Below, piece by piece: positions 31,785-40,529 of a stretch of 64,000 nt of DNA. The notes under the pieces are model-generated. The model ran no database searches. It was not told where the DNA came from and saw only the letters and a list, made by a program, of their open reading frames with translations. Position 1 is the first letter of the stretch; each line of letters starts with the position of its first letter. The DNA comes from Candidatus Binatia bacterium (GTDB lineage Bacteria; Desulfobacterota; Binatia; UBA9968; JAJDTQ01), in assembly GCA_963666515.2 (NCBI GenBank), contig OY762897.2, forward strand, positions 576,001-640,000, read 5' to 3'. Position numbers and translations under genes: made by a program.

Positions 31785-31901
31785 ATGGAATCGACCGCGG
31801 ACAGCCGCAGCCGGAGGAGGAACAGCCGCCTGGGATGGGTGATCGGCGCCGTGGCCGTCAGCTACATCCTGGCGACGGTGGTTTTTCTGGTGGTCTATTG
31901 A
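31785..31901 (+). CDS. 38-aa single-TM microprotein in cox operon (MESTADSRSRRRNSRLGWVIGAVAVSYILATVVFLVVY)
   Basis: Translated by hand, as it is not in the ORF track. Basic stretch followed by one hydrophobic helix, GC3-rich codons, fills the ctaB-coxC gap. Confidence 0.7.
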   Translation: MESTADSRSRRRNSRLGWVIGAVAVSYILATVVFLVVY

Positions 31902-31956
31902 GGCGTCCTGTCCTGGTATGCGAACGAGTGGGACAGGGCATTGACGGGAAGCACGC

Positions 31957-32613
31957 ATGGCACGGGAGGCGACCGCGAGGGTCTTGAACAGCGACGGCGT
32001 GGAGACGCTGGCGTCCGCGTCCGCCTTCGGCGGAGGCCCGCCGCCGCCGTCCCGCCCGGAGCCGGTGATCAGCAACGCGCGCCTGGGGCTGATGATGTTC
32101 ATCGGCGCGGAGGTGATGTTCTTCGCGGGGCTGATCGGCGCGTTCCTGGTGTTGCGGCTGAGCAGCGAGGTCTGGCCGCCGCCGGCGCAACCGCGGTTGC
32201 CGGTTTGGATCACGGGGTTCAACACGCTGGTGCTGCTCGTGAGCGGCCTTGCCATGCACCGGGCATCGCTGGCCGCCCGGCTGCGGGACCAGGTAAGGCT
32301 CTCCGGCTGGCTGCTGACCACCGCGGTCCTGGGGGCGCTGTTCCTGTGCATCCAGGGCTACGAGTGGGTGCGGCTGATCGGGTTCGGGTTGACCATGTGG
32401 AGCGGCCTGTACGGCTCGACGTTCTATGCCCTCATCGGATTGCACGGGCTCCATGTCATGGGAGCCTTGGTGTGGGTGGCGGTGGTGTGGAGCTTCGCGC
32501 GGCAGGGACGCTACGCCGCCGGCCACACGGTGGGCGTCGAGACCTGCACCATGTACTGGACGTTCGTGGTGGCGCTGTGGCCGGTGCTGTACGGCCTCGT
32601 GTACCTGTACTGA
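31957..32613 (+). CDS. coxC: Cytochrome c oxidase subunit III (copy a)
   Basis: FIGAEVMFF, NTLVLLVSG, QGYEW, FYALIGLHGLHV and YWTFV. Confidence 0.9.
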   Translation: MAREATARVLNSDGVETLASASAFGGGPPPPSRPEPVISNARLGLMMFIGAEVMFFAGLIGAFLVLRLSSEVWPPPAQPRLPVWITGFNTLVLLVSGLAMHRASLAARLRDQVRLSGWLLTTAVLGALFLCIQGYEWVRLIGFGLTMWSGLYGSTFYALIGLHGLHVMGALVWVAVVWSFARQGRYAAGHTVGVETCTMYWTFVVALWPVLYGLVYLY

Positions 32614-32623
32614 GAGTGAACGC

Positions 32624-32803
32624 ATGGCGGAAACCGAGCGGATCGCGGAGGCGTTCAACTGGACCGTCGTGTTCCTGATGGCCATGCCCTACGCCACCCT
32701 GGCCGGTTGCCTGGGCTGGATCATCTACCGTTACACGCGTTCGCACAGGGCCGGCGAGGACAGGCAGGCCCGGCTCCATATCGTCAAAAAAGGAGAATGC
32801 TAG
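32624..32803 (+). CDS. 59-aa single-TM microprotein in cox operon
   Basis: MAETERIAEAFNWTVVFLMAMPY... has one TM helix and abuts the next ATG, suggesting translational coupling. Confidence 0.65.
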   Translation: MAETERIAEAFNWTVVFLMAMPYATLAGCLGWIIYRYTRSHRAGEDRQARLHIVKKGEC

Positions 32804-33415
32804 ATGAGCGAAGCAGCGACGTTACATCGGGAGCCCGCGGAGTCTCCCCTCACCCCCGAAAGCTGGGGCAAGCTGGGGATGTGGATCTTCCTCTGCGGCG
32901 ACGCGATGACCTTCGGGACCCTCATCGTGACCTTCGGCATCATGCGCATCGCCGCGCCCGACTGGCCGGTGCCGGCCGAAGTGCTGGGCATCAACCTGAC
33001 CGCGGCCATGACCTTTCTGCTCATCTGCAGCAGCGTGACCATGGTGCTGGCCCTGTCCGGCATCAAGCGCGGCAATCTGCAGGAGTTCAGGAAGTTCATG
33101 CTGCTGACGATCCTCGGAGGGGCCCTGTTCCTGGCGTTGCAGGCCTACGAGTGGAACCATCTCATCCATATCGGCGTGACCATTTCCGCCAACAAGTTCG
33201 GCTCGCCGGTGTTCGGCGACACCTTCTACATCATGACCGGCTTTCACGGCATGCACGTGTTCGGCGGCGTGGTCTACCTCGCGGTCATCCTGGTGGGGGG
33301 ACTCACCGGCCGCATCACCCAGCACAACGCCTCGGTGGTGGAGATCGCCGGACTCTACTGGCACTTCGTCGACCTCGTGTGGATCCTGATCTTTACCTTC
33401 GTCTACCTCTTGTAG
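32804..33415 (+). CDS. coxC: Cytochrome c oxidase subunit III (copy b)
   Basis: GKLGMWIFL..D.MTF, TFLLICSSVTM, TGFHGMHV and GLYWHFVDLVWI. Confidence 0.92.
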   Translation: MSEAATLHREPAESPLTPESWGKLGMWIFLCGDAMTFGTLIVTFGIMRIAAPDWPVPAEVLGINLTAAMTFLLICSSVTMVLALSGIKRGNLQEFRKFMLLTILGGALFLALQAYEWNHLIHIGVTISANKFGSPVFGDTFYIMTGFHGMHVFGGVVYLAVILVGGLTGRITQHNASVVEIAGLYWHFVDLVWILIFTFVYLL

Positions 33416-33431
33416 GATACGGGAGACATCC

Positions 33432-33722
33432 ATGGCAGATACAGCAGCAGCCCATAACGAAGCCCACGCGGAGCCCAACTACTTGGCCGTATTCGGTTGG
33501 CTCTTCGTCCTGACGGTGATCGAGGTGGGGGTGATCTTCGTGCCGATCCCGAAGCTGGCCATCGCGGCCTCGCTCGTGATCCTGGCGGCGGTAAAGGCGT
33601 CACTGGTGGCCATCTACTTCATGCACCTCAAGTTCGAGAAGCTCGTGATCTGGTGGATCGCCGTGATCCCCGTCATCCTCTGCGTGTTCCTGATCTTCAT
33701 GCTGATTCCCGAGCTGGCTTGA
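33432..33722 (+). CDS. Cytochrome c oxidase subunit IV family protein
   Basis: Three TM helices, LT..EV and KA.LV..YFMHLKFE. Confidence 0.88.
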   Translation: MADTAAAHNEAHAEPNYLAVFGWLFVLTVIEVGVIFVPIPKLAIAASLVILAAVKASLVAIYFMHLKFEKLVIWWIAVIPVILCVFLIFMLIPELA

Positions 33723-33740
33723 GTTCAAGGCGGCGCGTGA

Positions 33741-33775
33741 GTCCGGGCCGGGCCTGAAAGGGCCCCGGCCCGGAC
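33741..33775. other. Strong GC hairpin between cox subunit IV and DUF420
   Basis: GTCCGGGCCGG...CCGGCCCGGAC stem with a GAAA-containing loop and no U-tract. Confidence 0.5.
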
Positions 33776-33791
33776 CCCGCCAACGCTTCCG

Positions 33792-34214
33792 TTGTTCCCC
33801 GTCTCCTCGCTTCCTCACCTGAACGCGCTGCTCAACGCGGTCAGCGCGGTTCTGCTCCTCACCGGCTACGGCTTCATCCGGCGTGGCAACGTCGCCGCCC
33901 ACAGACGGTGCATGGTGGCTGCGCTCGGCAGTTCCGGGCTGTTCCTGATCTCGTACCTCGTTTACCACTTCAGCGTGGGCTCCGTCCGCTTCCAGGGACA
34001 GGGCTGGATCCGGACGGTGTACTTCGCGGTGCTGGTGTCGCACACGGTCCTGGCCACCGCCATCGTGCCGCTGGTGGTGATCACCGTCGTGCGGGCGCTG
34101 AGGGAACGTTTCGACAAGCACCGCGCCATCGCGCGCTGGACCCTGCCGCTGTGGATCTACGTGTCGGCCACCGGCGTCGTGGTCTACTGGATGCTGTATC
34201 AGATGGAGTTCTAG
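33792..34214 (+). CDS. DUF420 membrane protein (cox-associated)
   Basis: LP.LNA.LN, HRRCM, FL..YL.YH, H..LA, H..IARWT.P.W.YVS.TG..VY. Confidence 0.88.
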   Translation: MFPVSSLPHLNALLNAVSAVLLLTGYGFIRRGNVAAHRRCMVAALGSSGLFLISYLVYHFSVGSVRFQGQGWIRTVYFAVLVSHTVLATAIVPLVVITVVRALRERFDKHRAIARWTLPLWIYVSATGVVVYWMLYQMEF

Positions 34215-35005
34215 CTTGCGTCGAAGGCGGCGACGGCGCGCACGGCGTCGGCGACCCCCGGCGCCGCGGCGATGACGGGGTTGCCGCGCAGCAAGCCGTC
34301 GTTGGCGAGAACATCGTTGGTCCAACCGCCGGCCTCCCTGACCAGCAGTATCCCGGCCAGGAAATCCCAGGCGTTGAGATGGGCCTCCAGGAAGCCGAGC
34401 AGACGGCCGGCGCCGACGTAGGCCAGCGTCAGGGCGCTGGAGCCATTGCACTGGTACATCCCGCCGGCGGCCAACAGCCGGCGGATGGTGTCGACCGCGG
34501 CCTCGCCCGAGGTCCGGGTCGAATAGCCGACGCCGACGTTGCCCTGGGTCAGGCTGTCCGCGGCGCTGGTCGAAATCGGCGTCTCGCCGCAGAAGGTGCC
34601 GTGGCCGCGGCGCGCCGAGAAGATCTCGTCCGCGTTCGGGTCGTAGACGACGCCGACCTCGATGTGACCCTGCCGCAGATAGGCGATGGAAACGCACCAG
34701 ACCGGCACCCGGTTGACGAAGTTGGTGGTTCCGTCGATGGGGTCAACGACCCAGATGCCGCTGGCGTCCTGGTTGTCGCCGCCGCCTTCTTCGCCCAGAA
34801 ACCCGTCTTCGGGAAAGAGCCCTCGAAGGCGCTCCCGGATAAGCGCCTCCACGGCGTGGTCGGCCTGGCTGACGAAGTCCTGCCGGCCCTTGGCGACCAC
34901 CTCCAGCGCGTCCGGATTGCGGAAATAGCCCAGCGCCGCCCGGCCCGCTTCGCGTGCAACGTCCTTCGCCGCCCGGAGGCGGTCGGCCTGTTGCTGCTGA
35001 TCCAT
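34211..35005 (-). CDS. Inositol monophosphatase family protein
   Basis: GEE, WVVDPIDGTTNF and WDFLAG.LLVREAGG. Start at MDQQQQ. Confidence 0.92.
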   Translation of the reverse strand: MDQQQQADRLRAAKDVAREAGRAALGYFRNPDALEVVAKGRQDFVSQADHAVEALIRERLRGLFPEDGFLGEEGGGDNQDASGIWVVDPIDGTTNFVNRVPVWCVSIAYLRQGHIEVGVVYDPNADEIFSARRGHGTFCGETPISTSAADSLTQGNVGVGYSTRTSGEAAVDTIRRLLAAGGMYQCNGSSALTLAYVGAGRLLGFLEAHLNAWDFLAGILLVREAGGWTNDVLANDGLLRGNPVIAAAPGVADAVRAVAAFDAS

Positions 35006-35010
35006 ACCCC

Positions 35011-36087
35011 TCAAGCCCGGTTCTCCAGAAGCGTCACGCCGCGTTCGCGGAACGCGATCCGCACGCGGGTCCCCGCCGGGATCCACGCGTCGAACTGGTA
35101 GTCCGCGACGAAGATCTCGCCGAGCCCGGTGTCGAGCGTGTACTCGACGTGACTGCCGACGTAGGTGCTCTTGGATACGGTTCCCGTGAGTCCATCCCCG
35201 TCTCCGGCCGCCTCCAGCATCACCGCTTCCGGCCGGACCGCGATCTTGACGGGACCGGCGGGAAGCCCCCGGTGGGGCAGACGAAGCTCCACCCGGCGGC
35301 CCACGCGGACGGTTGCGTGGTCGCCGTCGCGGCCCAGCAGCTCGGCGTCGAGCACGTTGGCGTCGCCGATGAAGTCGGCGACGAAGATATCACGGGGCGC
35401 CTCGTAAAGCTCGCTCGGGGCGCCTTCCTGCGCGATCTCCGCGTTGCGCATGACGATGATCCGGTCCGATACCGCCAGGGCCTCCTCCTGGTCGTGGGTG
35501 ACGTAGACCGTTGTCAGGGCGAGGCTCTGTTGCAGCTCCCGGATCTCCTCGCGGACCCGGCGTCGCAGCTTGGCGTCGAGGTTCGAGAGCGGCTCGTCGA
35601 ACAACAACACCGTCGGTTCGAGGACGAGGGCGCGGGCGACGGCAACCCGCTGCTGCTGTCCGCCGGAAAGCTCGCTGGGCAGCCGCTCCCCATAACCGGA
35701 CAGACCGACCAGCTTCAGGCCCTCCTCGGCGCGGTCCCGCATCTCCGTCTTGCCGATGCCGCTGACCGAGAGGCCGTAGGAGACGTTCTCGAACACCGTC
35801 ATGTGCGGGAACAGGGCATAGGACTGGAACACCATGGAGACGTCCCGCGCGCTGGCCGGCAGGCGGGAGACGTCGTCGCCGTCGATGAACACGCTGCCCG
35901 AGGTTGGCATTTCCAGGCCGGCGATGAGGCGGAGGGTCGTCGTCTTGCCACAGCCGCTCGGCCCCAGCAGGGTCACCAGGTCGCCGGGCTGGACCTCGAA
36001 GGAAATGCCGTCCACCGCCACCACCGGCCCGTAGTGCTTGCTGACGTTGTCGAACCGCACCGCTGCAGCCTGTCCCTCGATGCTCAT
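35011..36087 (-). CDS. ABC transporter ATP-binding protein (AfuC/FbpC-like)
   Basis: GPSGCGKTT, VFQSYALFPHM, LSGGQQQR, DEPLSNLD and a TOBE domain. Confidence 0.93.
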   Translation of the reverse strand: MSIEGQAAAVRFDNVSKHYGPVVAVDGISFEVQPGDLVTLLGPSGCGKTTTLRLIAGLEMPTSGSVFIDGDDVSRLPASARDVSMVFQSYALFPHMTVFENVSYGLSVSGIGKTEMRDRAEEGLKLVGLSGYGERLPSELSGGQQQRVAVARALVLEPTVLLFDEPLSNLDAKLRRRVREEIRELQQSLALTTVYVTHDQEEALAVSDRIIVMRNAEIAQEGAPSELYEAPRDIFVADFIGDANVLDAELLGRDGDHATVRVGRRVELRLPHRGLPAGPVKIAVRPEAVMLEAAGDGDGLTGTVSKSTYVGSHVEYTLDTGLGEIFVADYQFDAWIPAGTRVRIAFRERGVTLLENRA

Positions 36088-38294
36088 CCCACCGCTCCTC
36101 CCGCGCCGAAGGCGACGTTCATGGACTCCTCCCGGCGGCCGATGCGCCTTTGGCCGACGGCCAGTTGAATCAGCGAGATCACCACCACCATGACGACGAT
36201 CAGAACGGAACTATAGGCGATGGAGAGTCCATAGTCGCCGTTCTCCACCCGGCCGATGATATAGGACGTCGCCATGTCGTAGTTGGCGCTCACCAGGAAG
36301 ATCACCGCGCTGATGGCCGTCATCGCGCGGACGAAGCTGAAGACCAGGGCCGCGGTCACCGCCGGGCGCAGCAGCGGCAGCACCACCTTGCGGACGGTGG
36401 CGAAGGAACTGGCCCCCAACGTGAGTGAGGCCTCGTCCAGGCTCTTGTCTATCTGGGTCATGGCCGCGATGCCGGCGCGGACGCCCACCGGCATGTTCCG
36501 GAAGATGAAGCAGATGACCAGGATGATGCCGGTGCCCGTAAGCTCGATGGGCGGCACGTTGAACGCCAGGATGTACCCGACGCCGATGACCGTGCCGGGT
36601 ATCGCGAAGCTCAACATGGTGCCGAACTCGAACGCCTGCTGGCCCGCGAACTTCTGGCGGATCAGCAGGTAGGCGGTGAGCAGACCCACCGCCGCGGTCA
36701 GCGGCGCGGAGATGACGGAGATGTAGATGGTCGTCCAGAAGGAATTCCAGGCGGCGCCCGACCAGACCAGGCCGCCGGCGCCGGTGGTGATGGAGAAGGC
36801 GTCGATGTAGTGGCGCAGGGTGAGGCTGTGGTCCCGGCCCCACAGCTCGACGAAGCCGCCGAACATGATCATCAGGTAGATCACCGCGGTAAGACCGGCC
36901 CATGGAAGGGCCGAACCGTAGACCAGCCAGGTTACCCGCTTGGGCAGGGCGACGTGCAGTCCGGCATCGCCCTTGCCGGTGACGGTGGCATACGACTTGT
37001 GTCCCAGCCAGCGATGTTGGGCCCAGAACGCGGTCAAGGTGAAGGCCAGCAGAATGATGGCCAGGACCGCGGCCCGTCCCTGGTCGTTCTGGGCGCCGAC
37101 GATGGCGAAGAAGATGGATGTCGACAACACGTCGAAGTTGCCGCCCAGGACCAGGGGGTTGCCGAAGTCGGCCAGGCTTTCGATGAAGCCTACGAGGAAC
37201 GCGTTGGCCAGCCCCGGACGCATCAGCGGCAACGAGACAGTGGTGAAGGTGCGCCAGTTGCTGGCGCGCAGGGTCTGCGAGGCTTCTTCCATCGAGGGAC
37301 TGACCCCTTCGACCACGCCGATCAGGACCAGGAAGGCGATGGGGGTGAAGGCCAGCGTCTGGGCCAGCCAGATGCCGGGCAGGCCATAGATGTAGCGTCC
37401 CGGCGTCGTGCCGGTAATCGCCTCGATGGCCTGGGTCACCATGCCCGAAGCGCCGAACAGCAGGATGATGGCGAGGCCGATGACGAAGGGCGGAGTGATG
37501 ATCGGCAGGACGCTAAGGAGACGCAGTAGTCTCTTGGCCCGGAAACCGGTGCGCGTTGCCAGCAGGGCGAAAGCCAGTCCCAGGACCGTCGTGCTCACGC
37601 CGACCACGATGGCCATCAACAGGGAGTTCCAGGCGACGCCGCAGTTGACGTTGGCGGTGAGACAGCCCACGCCCCAGATGTCCCGGCTGAACAGCTTCTC
37701 GACGAAGAGGTAGGGGACGAAGTTGTAGTCGTTGTCCTGGAAGGCGCTGGCCAGGATGCTCACGACCGGGAAGAAGATGAAGGCGGCAACCAGCGCGATG
37801 ACGAGGGCGATGGAGCCCAACACGAAGCCGTCGCCGTTGATCGCCCCGCGCGCGGCAAGGCCCTGCGCGAACAGAAAGAGAAACGCGGCCGAGACCAGCA
37901 GGGCGCCGTAACCCATGCCGTACTGGCGATCGCCAAGCGGGCCGAAGAGCCCTTCCAGAGCGGGATACTCCCAGCCGCCGATGCCGATCAGGAACCCTTG
38001 GGCCAGGAAACAGACGGCGCCCAGGCTACCGGCCGCCAGCAGGACCGTGGAGAAGAGCGGATCCGAGCGCCGGCGCCACAGCACCAGCAAGGGGGCCGCC
38101 AGCGGCAGCGCCATCGGCGCCAGCCACCAGCGGCCCATAAGCAGGATCTGAAGCACGGCCGGGGCCGCGTCGGCCCCGGCCGGGTAGTCGAACAGCCAGG
38201 CGAATGACCAGAACCCGTCCTCCACGCCGTACCAAGGGAGGAGCGCAAAGCCGCCCCATCCCACGGCAAGCCAAAGCGCGGCGGGCCGATTCAT
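36084..38294 (-). CDS. ABC transporter fused permease (AfuB/FbpB-like)
   Basis: Two EAA motifs (EEASQTLRA, DEASLTLGA), ITPPFVIGL and DFGNPLVLGG. Confidence 0.92.
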   Translation of the reverse strand: MNRPAALWLAVGWGGFALLPWYGVEDGFWSFAWLFDYPAGADAAPAVLQILLMGRWWLAPMALPLAAPLLVLWRRRSDPLFSTVLLAAGSLGAVCFLAQGFLIGIGGWEYPALEGLFGPLGDRQYGMGYGALLVSAAFLFLFAQGLAARGAINGDGFVLGSIALVIALVAAFIFFPVVSILASAFQDNDYNFVPYLFVEKLFSRDIWGVGCLTANVNCGVAWNSLLMAIVVGVSTTVLGLAFALLATRTGFRAKRLLRLLSVLPIITPPFVIGLAIILLFGASGMVTQAIEAITGTTPGRYIYGLPGIWLAQTLAFTPIAFLVLIGVVEGVSPSMEEASQTLRASNWRTFTTVSLPLMRPGLANAFLVGFIESLADFGNPLVLGGNFDVLSTSIFFAIVGAQNDQGRAAVLAIILLAFTLTAFWAQHRWLGHKSYATVTGKGDAGLHVALPKRVTWLVYGSALPWAGLTAVIYLMIMFGGFVELWGRDHSLTLRHYIDAFSITTGAGGLVWSGAAWNSFWTTIYISVISAPLTAAVGLLTAYLLIRQKFAGQQAFEFGTMLSFAIPGTVIGVGYILAFNVPPIELTGTGIILVICFIFRNMPVGVRAGIAAMTQIDKSLDEASLTLGASSFATVRKVVLPLLRPAVTAALVFSFVRAMTAISAVIFLVSANYDMATSYIIGRVENGDYGLSIAYSSVLIVVMVVVISLIQLAVGQRRIGRREESMNVAFGAGGAVG

Positions 38295-38337
38295 CAGCCT
38301 GTCAGGTCAGACGTTCAGCGCGGTAAACGGCAGATGT

Positions 38338-39372
38338 TTACCTTGGTAGCGTGGAGACGTCGTCGTCCCATTTCTTCAACAGCCGCCGCCGCTCTGCCGA
38401 CGAGCCGTATTTCTTGAAGTCGTAGTTGATCAGCTTGATCTGGCTCAGGTCCGGCGCCTGTGGCGGCGGAGTGGCCTTGGAGTTCGACGGCACCTGGTAG
38501 GCCCTGGCCTTCGCTGCCATGGTCTGAACCTTCGGATCGAGCGCGAAGTCTACCCACTTCTTGGCGCTTTCCGGATTGCGGCCGCCCTTGATGATGCTCA
38601 CCGAGCCGATCTCGTAGCCAGTGCCCTCGCAGGGCGAGACGATCTTGATGGGGAAGCCCTTGACCGCCTGGGTGACCGCATCGTGCTGGAAGACGATGCC
38701 GATGGTGGTCTCGCCCCGGGCCGACGCCTTGATCGGGGCCGAGCCCGACTTGGTGTACTGGTTGATGTTCTTGTGCAGGCCCTTCATGAACTCGAAGCCC
38801 TTGTCCTCGCCGAAGACCTGGACGATGGTGGCCAGCGTGGTGTAGGCGGTGCCGGAGGAATTGGGATTGGCCATCTGGACGTGGCCCTTGTAGGCCGGCT
38901 TGGTCAGGTCCGCCCAGCATTTCGGCGCCGGCACCTTGTGCTTGGCCGCGAGCTCGCTGTTGTAGCCGACGCCCAGGGCGCCGGCGTAGATGCCCACCGT
39001 CTTGTAGCCGGACTGCTCGGCTTGGCGCCGCGCCCAGTCCTGAAGCTCCGGCAGTCGGGGCGACTTGTACTCCTGCGTCAGGCCTTCCTCGGCCGCCTGC
39101 AGGTGCGGGTCGCCGGTGCCGCCCCACCACACGTCGCCCTTGGGATTCCGGCGCTCCGCCTTGATCTGGGCGAAGGTCTCGCCGGAACTCTTGCGGGTCA
39201 TGGCGACCTTGATGCCCGTGGACTTCTCGAACTCCTTGACCATGAGCTGGCACCACTCGATCTGCGGGCTGCAATACAGGGTCAGCTTGCCGGCGGCCGT
39301 GGCCGTATTGGCGGTTGCAGCCACGAGACCGGCGATGGCGAAGGCCGCAAACGAATAACCGAGACGGTTCAT
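38338..39372 (-). CDS. ABC substrate-binding protein, AfuA-like (sugar-phosphate)
   Basis: Signal peptide; YCS, RKSSGE, WWGGTGDPH, ANPNSSGTAYT, QYTKSG, FQHD and PCEGTGYEIG. Confidence 0.85.
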   Translation of the reverse strand: MNRLGYSFAAFAIAGLVAATANTATAAGKLTLYCSPQIEWCQLMVKEFEKSTGIKVAMTRKSSGETFAQIKAERRNPKGDVWWGGTGDPHLQAAEEGLTQEYKSPRLPELQDWARRQAEQSGYKTVGIYAGALGVGYNSELAAKHKVPAPKCWADLTKPAYKGHVQMANPNSSGTAYTTLATIVQVFGEDKGFEFMKGLHKNINQYTKSGSAPIKASARGETTIGIVFQHDAVTQAVKGFPIKIVSPCEGTGYEIGSVSIIKGGRNPESAKKWVDFALDPKVQTMAAKARAYQVPSNSKATPPPQAPDLSQIKLINYDFKKYGSSAERRRLLKKWDDDVSTLPR

Positions 39373-39609
39373 AATGCTGTCCTCCAATCTGCGTTCTGCA
39401 CGACAAAGCCCTCATCGGCGTGTGGCAACATGCCTTCACGCCGCGAAACTCACGGCGACGTTACCACACTCGACGCGGAGTTTGTAACCCTTTCACCATG
39501 GAGAAGAGTTGCGCGGAGCGGAGCCACCCGGATGCGGCACGGCGTCGTGTTGAAACCATGCCCTCCGGGCTGATATACGGCAGGCAGCATGCCAACAGGG
39601 AGTCACTCC

Positions 39610-40407
39610 ATGAAGACCATCGGCATCGTCGGCTGCGGCGCCATCGGCAAGGGACTCTTGAAAGCCTCGGATTCCGGGGCGCTGGCCGCGCGCGTGTGCG
39701 TGACCAGTCGCACGGAGAGCACTTGCCGGGACTTCCTCGAGACCCTCGACGCGTCCGTGCCTTTTCTCACCCTCGACGAGCTAATCGCCCGCTCCGACAT
39801 CGTCGTGGAAGCGGCCGGTGGCGCCGTGGTGCCGGATCTGGCGGGCCGGGCGTTCGATGCCGGCAAGGACCTCATGGTCATCAGCGTCGGCGCGCTGCTG
39901 GACCATCCCGAGGTGATCGAGCGGGCGAGGCAGACCGGTTGCCGGCTGCTGCTGCCTTCCGGCGCCATCGCCGCGCTCGACGGCGTCAAGTCCGCGTGCG
40001 CCGGGGAAGTGGCCCACGTGACCATCACCACCCGCAAGCCGCCACACGGCCTCGAAGGCGCTCCCTATCTCGTGCAAAACGACATCTCGCTGGAAGGCTT
40101 GACCGAGCCCACGGAGATATTCTCCGGCACCGCCCGGGAGGCCTGCCGGGCCTTCCCGGCTAACGTCAACGTCTCCGCGGCGGTGAGTCTGGCGGGCCTG
40201 GGGCCGGACCGCACGCGGATACGGATTCTCGCAGTACCCGGGCTGGAGCGGAACTGTCACGAGGTGGAGGCCGAGGGCGAGTTCGGCCGCCTGAACATGC
40301 GCATCGAGAACGTCCCCACCGAGAACCCGCGCACCGGCCGTCTGACCGTGCTGTCCATGATCCGCTCGCTTCAGGACGCGTTGGATCCCGTGCGGGTGGG
40401 TACTTGA
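39610..40407 (+). CDS. nadX: L-aspartate dehydrogenase family protein (NadX-like)
   Basis: GCGAIG, VVEAA, SVGAL, PSGAI..LD, TRKPP, FPANVNV and NPRT. Confidence 0.88.
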   Translation: MKTIGIVGCGAIGKGLLKASDSGALAARVCVTSRTESTCRDFLETLDASVPFLTLDELIARSDIVVEAAGGAVVPDLAGRAFDAGKDLMVISVGALLDHPEVIERARQTGCRLLLPSGAIAALDGVKSACAGEVAHVTITTRKPPHGLEGAPYLVQNDISLEGLTEPTEIFSGTAREACRAFPANVNVSAAVSLAGLGPDRTRIRILAVPGLERNCHEVEAEGEFGRLNMRIENVPTENPRTGRLTVLSMIRSLQDALDPVRVGT

Positions 40408-40449
40408 TGGGCCACCAGTCTAAGGACAAGCGGCGAGAATACCGCTACA

Positions 40450-40486
40450 CCGTTCGTCCTGAGCGTAGCGAAGCGAAGTCGAAGGA
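40450..40486. repeat. CGTC-type extragenic repeat, copy 1 (CCGTTCGTCCTGAGCGTAGCGAAGCGAAGTCGAAGGA)
   Basis: Near-identical copy at 50804-50853. Confidence 0.8.
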
Positions 40487-40529
40487 GGCTGTTTGAATTG
40501 AGCCGCATTTCATCCAATGTTTCAATGCC

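Noticed and set aside
32426-32623. Cys-rich extension (CGRCCTASCTC) of the 125-aa ORF
   Set aside because: It is an alternate-frame reading of the coxC 3' end; only the part from ATG 32624 is plausible.
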